DNA of 52,435 bases. Source: a virus (Duplodnaviria; Caudoviricetes). Made by a program: the position numbers and the translations under genes. Below, in pieces: positions 1 to 7,425 of the stretch. The DNA lies in IMG/VR virus record IMGVR_UViG_3300049846_000543, positions 1-52,435 of that record. One strand, 5' to 3'. Every line of letters starts with the position of its first letter. Positions within the stretch are counted from its first letter, which is position 1. Under the pieces are notes generated by a model. It was not told the origin of the DNA. It did no database searches and saw nothing but the letters and a program-made list of their open reading frames with translations.

Positions 1-40
1 TCACTGGAAAACTCCTTATACTCCTTGTCAGAGGTAATTC

Positions 41-277
41 ATGAAAGAGGAATTTGTAACATATGCTAGAGATTCATTTGGGAGATGTGATCTCGTAAGG
101 AAACTAGTAGTAACATCTGATGATTGTGCATGGTGTGGAAGATATAGACATAAAGCAGGTAAACCAACAGGTAAGCTGTTTCAATATGGTGTATTCAACG
201 ATGATGCACCATTTCCTTTCTTCTATACAGAGTTTTTCTGTTCAGTTGATTGTATGCGAACATACTACTTCGGATGA
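41..277 (+). CDS. small Cys-rich (zinc-finger-like) hypothetical protein
   Basis: GAGG RBS; CAWC...FCSVDC motifs. Confidence 0.65.
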   Translation: MKEEFVTYARDSFGRCDLVRKLVVTSDDCAWCGRYRHKAGKPTGKLFQYGVFNDDAPFPFFYTEFFCSVDCMRTYYFG

Positions 278-447
278 AGATAGCTTTTGTCATTATCATA
301 GTATGCGGAATTGTAGCTCTATTAGAATGGCAGATAATTACAGTGTCTACTCAACATAGACAAGATCTATGTTCCATTCATGTTCTCCCCAACGGTAATC
401 TTGTCAAAGCCACCGATTGGGATTACTACAACTGTATAACAAAATGA
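274..447 (+). CDS. small membrane protein
   Basis: ATGA overlap with the previous stop; hydrophobic N-terminus MKIAFVIIIVCGIVALL (start shortened from ORF track). Confidence 0.5.
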   Translation: MKIAFVIIIVCGIVALLEWQIITVSTQHRQDLCSIHVLPNGNLVKATDWDYYNCITK

Positions 448-905
448 ATCTAGAAGACATCCTCAAACTCGATAAACTAATCTGTACTGGTGACCAGGCT
501 AAAGCTGGTTGGTACCTAGATCAAGATGAGATTATCTCAGCAATTGATTCTCTTGGTATTAAACTTCAAGTAAGAATCAGGTTCATGACTGCTATCTCTC
601 GAATGGGTACTCACTACGCTTATGAAGATCACCACAAGATTACAGTAGATCAAACACTTCTTCGTCATTCTGCCAGTCATACTCTATGGCATGAGCTGGT
701 TCATGCTATGCAAGCAGAGAAATTTGCTAGAGAGACTGGTAAACCTATTACAAAATTTCATCATGAAGCATATCGTCCCTCTAATGGTCCTTGGGGTGCA
801 AGTTATCGTCTTAATGAAATGGAGATTGAAGCTAACAGGATTGCTGATGAAATGCAACATTTGATGTTAGTTGTCTACCCTGCCGATCGAGGCTCGGGAG
901 CTTGA
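444..905 (+). CDS. putative zincin metallopeptidase (SprT/ImmA-like)
   Basis: TLWHELVHAMQ HExxH motif plus downstream EIEA; start chosen at ATGA overlap. Confidence 0.7.
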   Translation: MNLEDILKLDKLICTGDQAKAGWYLDQDEIISAIDSLGIKLQVRIRFMTAISRMGTHYAYEDHHKITVDQTLLRHSASHTLWHELVHAMQAEKFARETGKPITKFHHEAYRPSNGPWGASYRLNEMEIEANRIADEMQHLMLVVYPADRGSGA

Positions 906-930
906 CATCCGCGCTCGAACCTGCTATGCT
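902..930 (+). promoter_or_regulatory. sigma70/SigA-type promoter
   Basis: TTGACA-17bp-TATGCT with extended -10 TGn. Confidence 0.8.
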
Positions 931-975
931 TGTGGGGATCTCCCAGAAGGTCAACCGCGTTTAAGGAGATAAGTA

Positions 976-1293
976 ATGAATGATGTAATTGCCTCTTACA
1001 CTAAAAGAGGTAGAATCCTAGCAGTAGATGAGGCAACAAAAGTGTTGCTTCAGACTCGTGCTCAGTCGCACGAAAAGTTGCAAAGTGTATTTACTCCCTA
1101 CTTTAAGTCTATCATTGAGCAATTGTTCAATGTACCTAACACAGTTGAGTTGGGTGGAAATACTTATCTAGTAGATTACGATCCTAAGAATGATGATCTA
1201 ATTTTCGTAAAGCCTGCAAGAGGATTTGTTCCTTGTGGTTGGCTTTCACTAGAAAAGATGCAAAGGGCAGTCGAGTATGACCTCGCCTATTGA
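976..1293 (+). CDS. hypothetical protein
   Basis: AAGGAG RBS, directly after promoter. Confidence 0.75.
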   Translation: MNDVIASYTKRGRILAVDEATKVLLQTRAQSHEKLQSVFTPYFKSIIEQLFNVPNTVELGGNTYLVDYDPKNDDLIFVKPARGFVPCGWLSLEKMQRAVEYDLAY

Positions 1294-1546
1294 AAATATT
1301 GATTTCCTGCAAGAACTTCTAGATGCACCTGAAGAAAAGACAACAAGAACACGTAAGCCTAAAGACATTCGAGATCAAGATGTTTGGTTCAAACTTAATC
1401 ACAATGTTATGGGTGTGTGTTCTCAGGGTACAGAATGTCTAGGTCTTGTTCTACACAACAAAGGTCCTGGACGAGTAACCGCCGTTGTGAATGGTGTAGA
1501 AATGTGTAGACTTGATTTTCTAAATGGACTGGCAAAGGAAAGTTAG
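1277..1546 (+). CDS. hypothetical protein (Cys-containing)
   Basis: ORF in tight operon. Confidence 0.7.
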   Translation: MTSPIENIDFLQELLDAPEEKTTRTRKPKDIRDQDVWFKLNHNVMGVCSQGTECLGLVLHNKGPGRVTAVVNGVEMCRLDFLNGLAKES

Positions 1547-1547
1547 G

Positions 1548-1838
1548 ATGAAGTTTCTAGTAACACGTAAAGAAGCGTTGCATATTGAACGATCTCGCTC
1601 TGTAATGAAAACCAGTGATCTTTGGCCTGTAGTTGTAGATTGTCCAGAGATTCATGGATGGCCTGGATTAACAAATGAAATGTTAGAAGAAATTGTAAGA
1701 AGGGCATTAGATCTTAAATGGCCTGAATACATACCTAGAAATAAAACTTTTATTGTGTTTCCAATCCGTAATCCTATGGAAGTTACTTTTAAACCTAAAA
1801 CAGATTACACTGTTACTGTTAAGAACGTTAATCTCTAA
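1548..1838 (+). CDS. hypothetical protein
   Basis: ATG right after the upstream stop, AAGGA RBS (start shortened from ORF track). Confidence 0.65.
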   Translation: MKFLVTRKEALHIERSRSVMKTSDLWPVVVDCPEIHGWPGLTNEMLEEIVRRALDLKWPEYIPRNKTFIVFPIRNPMEVTFKPKTDYTVTVKNVNL

Positions 1839-2276
1839 ATGACTGAAACTTTCATCAACCACTGTATCTCAATGTATGAGGCTCTTGATGAGAGAGCTAC
1901 ATACAAAGAGGTAGAAAGTGGTAAAGTTAAAGTCTTCGCAGGTTCATATACCGAAGTTTGGGTATCAACTGGAATCTCACAAACCTACTACAAACCTGTT
2001 CGTCGAGCGCTAGAGAGACACGAAGCTATAGAAGTCTTGCAGCGCGGTTCTAGGAATGCTGATACAGTGATAGTCCTAAAGGGACTACCTGATACCTGGG
2101 ACATCGACGGATGGAATGATAAGTCAGGCTTGACAGCTACCACTAGGTATGCTAAACTAGAGGTAGAGGTCGCAAACCTTAAACAATCACTAGGAGGGAT
2201 GAATGTAGTAAAGGCTCTAGAAGAAATTGAACGTAGGTTAGTACAGTTGGAAACAAAAAACAAAAAATCAAAATAA
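1839..2276 (+). CDS. putative winged-HTH DNA-binding protein with C-terminal coiled coil
   Basis: helix-turn-helix-wing-like segment GISQTYYKPVRRALERHEAIEVLQRG; heptad C-terminus. Confidence 0.55.
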   Translation: MTETFINHCISMYEALDERATYKEVESGKVKVFAGSYTEVWVSTGISQTYYKPVRRALERHEAIEVLQRGSRNADTVIVLKGLPDTWDIDGWNDKSGLTATTRYAKLEVEVANLKQSLGGMNVVKALEEIERRLVQLETKNKKSK

Positions 2277-2287
2277 GGAGTTGAAAA

Positions 2288-2647
2288 ATGTCACTTACTC
2301 TTGACGACATTACCGGCATTCTTGGCGAGACTCGTTCAAAGACTAATGCTGGTGAGTATCTTCGTGAGTTTATTGCAAGTGGTGAGCTCGGTCGTGAGGT
2401 AGATCTTAATGTTGGTTCTTTCGCAGGTAAGCCTGCTAAGACAGTTAAGACCGCTCTCGATAACGCTCGTAAGAAGTTCAATGAGGAGACTAAGGAACTC
2501 GTAATTCCTGGTGGACTCGATGTTCAGGTTCGTGTTAAGGAAGTCACCAATGGTAAGAAGGGTGATGAGCGAAAGGTTCTTGAGTCGCATCTTTTCGTTA
2601 TTAACACGAAGCTCGTTGCTGAGGCTCGTGCTAAGGCAACTAAGTAA
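2288..2647 (+). CDS. small basic, probably highly expressed protein (nucleic-acid binding?)
   Basis: strong AAGGAG RBS, codon bias like the capsid gene (CGT, AAG, GAG), followed by a strong hairpin. Confidence 0.75.
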   Translation: MSLTLDDITGILGETRSKTNAGEYLREFIASGELGREVDLNVGSFAGKPAKTVKTALDNARKKFNEETKELVIPGGLDVQVRVKEVTNGKKGDERKVLESHLFVINTKLVAEARAKATK

Positions 2648-2654
2648 TTAAAGA

Positions 2655-2705
2655 GTTGTGGGGGATTAGTACCCTCTCTCAATTCCCCAGCTAATCCCCC
2701 ACAAC
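2655..2705 (+). terminator. strong hairpin (terminator or processing stem)
   Basis: perfect 15-bp IR GTTGTGGGGGATTAG/CTAATCCCCCACAAC after the stop; no U-tract. Confidence 0.6.
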
Positions 2706-2706
2706 A

Positions 2707-2940
2707 AATAGTAGATACGGAATTCTCGGCTGAAGCAAATCCGTATCTACTATTGAGAGTAGACAGACCGAGCTTTATGGCTAGGAAGCGAACGGGGCTA
2801 CTCTCAATAGTAGATTCAAATCTACTAAAGAAAGCTCACTATCAGAGATACCCTTTTAAGGTAATCTGAAAGTAGGTAAGGGGGGTTGCTATTCCCTCAA
2901 CCGTGTGAGTGTGAGTGGGAAAGGCATCCGCGACTCACAT
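2707..2940 (+). ncRNA. putative structured non-coding RNA (interlocking hairpins) upstream of tRNA-Ile
   Basis: perfect IRs 2707-2721/2740-2754, 2745-2762/2798-2815 and 2808-2816/2819-2827, plus further imperfect stems; no credible ORF. Confidence 0.45.
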
Positions 2941-2953
2941 TATGAATTTTCTC

Positions 2954-3026
2954 GGACCGGAGGCGATTTGGTTAACGCGCTACTCTTATAAGGTAGAAAG
3001 AGAAGGTTCGAGTCCTTCCCGGTCTA
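2954..3026 (+). tRNA. trnI: tRNA-Ile (anticodon TAT)
   Basis: acceptor GGACCGG/CCGGTCT, anticodon arm CTACT-CTTATAA-GGTAG, T arm GAAGG-TTCGAGT-CCTTC; CCA not encoded. Confidence 0.9.
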
Positions 3027-3040
3027 TTACAGGAGAAAGA

Positions 3041-3145
3041 ATGAGACGTTATAAGTGTAACAACATGAAGTGTAAGAACTACGGTTCTCACACTGGAAAG
3101 TCTAAGTATTGTCGTGAGTGTAAATCTAGAACGGTTAAGGCATGA
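3041..3145 (+). CDS. 34-aa zinc-ribbon micro-protein
   Basis: AGGAG RBS; CNNMKC...CREC. Confidence 0.6.
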   Translation: MRRYKCNNMKCKNYGSHTGKSKYCRECKSRTVKA

Positions 3146-3546
3146 CTACAGTATATCAATGTAAAGTGAGTGGTTGTGAAAAGATGGCTCACTGGACTAG
3201 AGGAAGATACGCATTTATGTGTGTAGATCATGCCAATAAAAAGAGAGTTGAAGAAGAAGGTCTAGATCCTATTAAAAGTTCCACTTTAAGTAAATTTCCT
3301 AAATTACCTCTTACATTAACAACCCCACCTTCTTTCATTAAAGAGGAAACTTCAAAGCCTGAGATTTCTCTAGTAGATGCTTCTAAGAAACTAGTACCAA
3401 TTGCTAAGAAGCTCGAGCTTTCTGCTAAAGCAAAACGTAAAGCTCATCATGCTCTTATTAAAGATGCTACAGAATTTAACGACATACTAGCAGAAATCAA
3501 AAAGGCTGCTAATTCACTGATTAGTGGAACAACTGATGTGGGTTAG
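3142..3546 (+). CDS. hypothetical protein, N-terminal Zn finger
   Basis: CKVSGC...MCVDH; ATGA overlap. Confidence 0.7.
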   Translation: MTTVYQCKVSGCEKMAHWTRGRYAFMCVDHANKKRVEEEGLDPIKSSTLSKFPKLPLTLTTPPSFIKEETSKPEISLVDASKKLVPIAKKLELSAKAKRKAHHALIKDATEFNDILAEIKKAANSLISGTTDVG

Positions 3547-3859
3547 AAAAGGGGAATGTAACGGTTGTGGATTTTGTTGCGAGATTATTACACAAGTTCA
3601 CCTAGATTTTGTACTTAATGATCCAGACTGGATTAGAGTTAGAGGATTACCCCCTAATGGTAGAAAACTCTATTTGATTAATGATCCGTGTCCACAATTA
3701 GAGCAAGAAACTAAGCGTTGCAAAGTTTACGAAAATCGTCCACAACTTTGTAAAGATTTCCCACAAGAACCTGATGACATCGCAAATTCTCCGTGTTCAT
3801 ATTATTTTGAGAACACCGAAACAGGAGAAATTGTTACAGGATCGAATCAGGGAGTATAG
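3524..3859 (+). CDS. YkgJ/FliB-like CxxCxxCC Fe-S or Zn cluster protein
   Basis: ECNGCGFCC...CPQL...CKVYENRPQLCKDFP family signature; true start may be the ATG of MWVRKG. Confidence 0.8.
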   Translation: MEQLMWVRKGECNGCGFCCEIITQVHLDFVLNDPDWIRVRGLPPNGRKLYLINDPCPQLEQETKRCKVYENRPQLCKDFPQEPDDIANSPCSYYFENTETGEIVTGSNQGV

Positions 3860-3920
3860 GTCAATGGTAGACCTCCTGACTTTTAATCAGGCTATCTAGG
3901 TTCGATTCCTAGTACTCCCA
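3850..3920 (+). tRNA. trnK: tRNA-Lys (anticodon TTT)
   Basis: acceptor GGGAGTA/TACTCCC, anticodon arm CCTGA-CTTTTAA-TCAGG, T loop TTCGATT. Confidence 0.92.
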
Positions 3921-3948
3921 TCAAATCTGTAAATCCTGAATTAACCGC

Positions 3949-3977
3949 TTGACAACCGCTTAAATCTATGCTAGGGT
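3949..3977 (+). promoter_or_regulatory. SigA-type promoter with AACCGCTT repeats
   Basis: TTGACA-17bp-TAGGGT, extended -10 TGn; AACCGCTT at 3943 and 3954. Confidence 0.75.
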
Positions 3978-4069
3978 CGAATTGCGCGCCTACGCCGCAG
4001 CGGCCGGTAGATGATTTAAGCGGTTGGATCTCTACCGGCCGCATATTCTGTAATCCCACAAGGGGGTAA

Positions 4070-4549
4070 ATCGTACCTAAGCCAAAAGCCATACTAACTA
4101 CAATTGCGGTAGCAAGCATAATCGCAATTGCAGGACAATCGGCCCAGGCCCAAAGTACGGATCGTGTAGATTCTTTATCAACTAAACAGTTGAAAAAAGA
4201 ATCGATCCGAGTGGCTACTCATGGAGGAATATTGTGTACCCGGTGGGGATGCGCAACTTCCTACATGAAAAGACTAAGCTACGAATTAGTAGAAAGAGCA
4301 TTCGCACCATACGGTTCAGATGCAGTACGTTGGTCGTTGTGTGTAGTAAATCGTGAAAGTGGAGGTAATCCTGGTGCAGTATCTAGAACAGACGATCATG
4401 GATTACCACAATTCAATCGTCCTTCACATCCTTGGATTGACTACACTAGACTCAAACGAGATCCGCCCTACGCAGTTGCGATATTTGTGAAAATGTCACA
4501 CGGCGGATCATACAGGAGTCCTTGGAGTGGTGGACATTACTCATGCTAA
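4070..4549 (+). CDS. secreted lytic transglycosylase (SLT/Rpf-like)
   Basis: CVVNRESGGNPGA...GLPQF...PW lysozyme-fold motifs; the frame is open upstream of TTG4190 to 4070 and encodes a signal peptide, so the start is uncertain and non-canonical. Confidence 0.8.
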   Translation: MVPKPKAILTTIAVASIIAIAGQSAQAQSTDRVDSLSTKQLKKESIRVATHGGILCTRWGCATSYMKRLSYELVERAFAPYGSDAVRWSLCVVNRESGGNPGAVSRTDDHGLPQFNRPSHPWIDYTRLKRDPPYAVAIFVKMSHGGSYRSPWSGGHYSC

Positions 4550-4555
4550 CATAAA

Positions 4556-4906
4556 TTGGATGAAGTATGTCCCAATTGTGGTGAGTTCGTAGAGACAGTT
4601 AATGAAATAACTGGTTTCTGTATATCCTGTAGTAATGATGTGGGGGTCTTTTCCGAAAGGAAGGCCCCCACAAACATTTCCGCGATTGATCTAAATAATT
4701 TAGATTCTCTACTAGAATTAACAACGGTAATCTGTAAATGTTGTGGAGAGGCTATACCTAGAGCTACTCCAGATAGACACTTCTTTTGTAAGAAGAACGA
4801 GATATGTAGAAAAGCTAGAAGATATTATGCTTATCTAATCTATGAAAAAGGAATAGACAAGGACAACGCTTTAAGTAGAACTTTGATAAAATTCAAGAAG
4901 GAATAA
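4556..4906 (+). CDS. multi-Cys zinc-finger protein
   Basis: CPNC..CISC..CKCC..FC...C. Confidence 0.65.
   Translation: MDEVCPNCGEFVETVNEITGFCISCSNDVGVFSERKAPTNISAIDLNNLDSLLELTTVICKCCGEAIPRATPDRHFFCKKNEICRKARRYYAYLIYEKGIDKDNALSRTLIKFKKE
4639..4672 (+). terminator. intragenic GAAA-capped hairpin
   Basis: TGTGGGGGTC-TT-TTCC GAAA GGAA-GGCCCCCACA. Confidence 0.5.
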
Positions 4907-4907
4907 G

Positions 4908-6515
4908 ATGCTTACACCAACCGCATGGCAACAAGAAGATCTCGAGAAATATATCCATCTAGATAATTCTGCTGATTGGTCGCAGATGGGTTGTTTCAAG
5001 ACTTCATCTGCATTGTGGAAATTGCAGAATAAGCTAGAACATGTAGAAAATCCTTCCGTACTAGTTGTAACAACTTCTTCTGGTAAGGGTGCTTACTTTC
5101 GAGATATCCCACAAACCATTAATTCTGACTGGCAGATTATCAATCTTAAGTCAGATGGTATCTATCTCATAATTAATGGTGCGCAGATCAAGATAGGTAA
5201 GCGTCTTGCTGAAAAGATAGACTTCCCTCATATTGTAGTCACGCACTACCATCTATACTCTCGTAGTAATCTCAATAAGTTTGATGATTGCAAAGATTGT
5301 AATGGTAGAGGTCTATCAAAAGACTTCCTAACTCCATGTTGGCTCTGTGATGGTAAAGGAAAAATTCCTAAGAAACTATCACATTGTGATCCACTTCTTC
5401 AACGTCGATGGAATATGATTATCCTCGATGAAGCTCATAGGATCAAGAATCCTGATGCCAAATGGACACAACATATCAAGAAACTTAAAGCTGATTATAA
5501 ACACATAATCACAGGTTCTGGATTTGTTAATAGACCCGATGAAATCTGGAGTCTCCTTAACTTTCTAGACAAAAAGACTTATTCTTCGTATTGGGAATTT
5601 CGTCAGAATTACTGTGAAGAAGATGCCTACAATGGTTATCGTACTGTTATAGGTCTTCGTAAAGATAGAGTTAGGCAATTCCGTAAGTTAAGAGAATCTT
5701 TTGGTCCTAGACGTACTAAGCCAGAAGTGTTCCCTGATCTTACTGCACCTATCTACGAAGACTTCACTATTGAGTTGAATCCAATTCAACGTAGAATGTA
5801 TAATGAGATTAAGCATGATCTTATGTTGATGGATCAAAAGGGTGAACCTCTACATTCACCTAACGTGCTTTCTCAGCTTCAGAGAATGAGACAGATTTCT
5901 GTAGCAACTCCTGAAGTTGTATCGGATGAATACGATCCTAAACAAGGTCGTAGAGTTACGAAGATCAAGCTAGTAGAACCATCATCTAAGCTTGATGCAC
6001 TTATGGAAACTATTGATGGTATGCAATGGGACGATGAAGATCGTCAGCAAATTGTAGTGTTTTCCAACTTTAATGATCCGCTCGAGCTTCTTCAAACAAG
6101 ACTAGATAAAGCGGGTATAAAGTGGATACGTCTACGCGCATCTGACAAAGATGTTGAAAGGTACCAAAAGTGGAAAGTAGAGTTTCCGAAGAAGAATCAC
6201 CAAGTCTTCTTGTCTACTATTAAGCTAGGTGGTGAATCTATTGATCTTACTCCAGCTTCTTATGTAGCACTTCTGGATCTTGATTGGGCGCCAATGAATA
6301 ACGATCAAGCAATTGAAAGAGTTTGGCGTCCAGGTTACGATTCATCTAAAGGCGCTCCTATTGTTCTGCGTTACTTTGCAGATGATACAGTAGATCAACG
6401 AATGCTTGATATGAACGAAACCAAGAAAGATTGGTTTAATGCAATCTTCGGAGATGGTTCAAGTAATAGAAGTGAGAATACAAACGAGGCGTCTAAATGG
6501 GCTCAAATGCTTTAA
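4908..6515 (+). CDS. SNF2-family helicase with inserted zinc finger
   Basis: QMGCFKT, IILDEAHRIKN, ITGS, IVVFS, GGESIDL, QAIERVWRPG motifs. Confidence 0.9.
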   Translation: MLTPTAWQQEDLEKYIHLDNSADWSQMGCFKTSSALWKLQNKLEHVENPSVLVVTTSSGKGAYFRDIPQTINSDWQIINLKSDGIYLIINGAQIKIGKRLAEKIDFPHIVVTHYHLYSRSNLNKFDDCKDCNGRGLSKDFLTPCWLCDGKGKIPKKLSHCDPLLQRRWNMIILDEAHRIKNPDAKWTQHIKKLKADYKHIITGSGFVNRPDEIWSLLNFLDKKTYSSYWEFRQNYCEEDAYNGYRTVIGLRKDRVRQFRKLRESFGPRRTKPEVFPDLTAPIYEDFTIELNPIQRRMYNEIKHDLMLMDQKGEPLHSPNVLSQLQRMRQISVATPEVVSDEYDPKQGRRVTKIKLVEPSSKLDALMETIDGMQWDDEDRQQIVVFSNFNDPLELLQTRLDKAGIKWIRLRASDKDVERYQKWKVEFPKKNHQVFLSTIKLGGESIDLTPASYVALLDLDWAPMNNDQAIERVWRPGYDSSKGAPIVLRYFADDTVDQRMLDMNETKKDWFNAIFGDGSSNRSENTNEASKWAQML

Positions 6516-6551
6516 TGATGGAAAATAATTAAAAAGCGTGACTGGTGAAAA

Positions 6552-6977
6552 ATGATAATAGATCCTAAACTAATAGATGAAGCTATTAAAATAGCAGAAC
6601 GTAGTCCAGCAAGAAAGTATATGACTGGATGTGTTATAGCAAATTCTGAGGGAGATGTAATAGCTACTGGTTGGTCGCATACAGGTACTTGGAGAATGAG
6701 AGAATTGTATTCTGTACATGCTGAAATGCACGCTCTCATTAGATCTAGACACTTGTTCTTTGCTAGTACCGATCAAGCTTATATTGCTACTATAGCTAGA
6801 AAGTCAGGAGCTATTACTTTAGGTCGTCCCTGTCTTAGTTGTGCAACCGCTCTACTGAGATCAGGAATTGGTAGAGTTAACTATACAGTTAAAGAAAATC
6901 TGAATAGATCAGAACATATCAATAGTGAGATGATGGTTTGTCTCAAAGTATACAACCGTCCTGCTTACGATGACTGA
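6552..6977 (+). CDS. cytidine/dCMP deaminase family protein
   Basis: HAEMHAL and PCLSC zinc motifs. Confidence 0.85.
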   Translation: MIIDPKLIDEAIKIAERSPARKYMTGCVIANSEGDVIATGWSHTGTWRMRELYSVHAEMHALIRSRHLFFASTDQAYIATIARKSGAITLGRPCLSCATALLRSGIGRVNYTVKENLNRSEHINSEMMVCLKVYNRPAYDD

Positions 6978-7359
6978 GGAAGAAGAACTAGAGTATCTTC
7001 AAAATCATCTTCAATACGTTCAGGAACGTATCTTACAATTGCGAGTAGATATTCAAACTCGTAAAGTTAAGAAATCTCCAAAACGTAGACCACTATGGGT
7101 ACAAACAAGTGCTCTTTCACCTTACGTAACAAATTATCTAAATAGTGAACAGATGTCAATGGTAGTATTAGCAGAAGAAGCTAATGTTTCAGATACAACA
7201 ATTAAAGGAATTATCTCTAATAGAACTTTCTGGACATCTGAGATTATCGCAGATCAGATTTTGACTGCTATGGGGATTCCTCATATATTGCAGGAATTGA
7301 ATCCTGTTGTTTTAAGCAAAATCCCCACACCCCCACCAAGTCATTATTTCGAGGATTAG
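6970..7359 (+). CDS. HTH (Cro/CI-like) regulator with N-terminal coiled coil
   Basis: MVVLAEEANVSDTTIKGII HTH. Confidence 0.7.
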   Translation: MTEEEELEYLQNHLQYVQERILQLRVDIQTRKVKKSPKRRPLWVQTSALSPYVTNYLNSEQMSMVVLAEEANVSDTTIKGIISNRTFWTSEIIADQILTAMGIPHILQELNPVVLSKIPTPPPSHYFED

Positions 7360-7370
7360 GGATTTACCTC

Positions 7371-7399
7371 TTGACAAACTGACTGAGATATGATAGGAT
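7371..7399 (+). promoter_or_regulatory. SigA-type promoter of the recombination/replication operon
   Basis: TTGACA-17bp-TAGGAT, extended -10 TGn. Confidence 0.8.
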
Positions 7400-7425
7400 C
7401 CCTGCCTCACTTCTAGTAAATTGGA

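Noticed and set aside
882-889. GCCGATCG as a sigma28-type -10 element
   Set aside because: No TAAA -35 at the proper spacing; the adjacent SigA promoter explains the region
2745-2763. TCTAC-loop-GTAGA resembling a Cas12a repeat handle (mini-CRISPR or RNA anti-CRISPR)
   Set aside because: Lacks the 5' AATTT pseudoknot segment, has the wrong loop size, copies alternate in orientation with no regular spacers, and there is no Cas12 gene
2915-3040. N-terminal extension of the 76-aa ORF in the track
   Set aside because: Overlaps tRNA-Ile; the real start is ATG3041 with an AGGAG RBS
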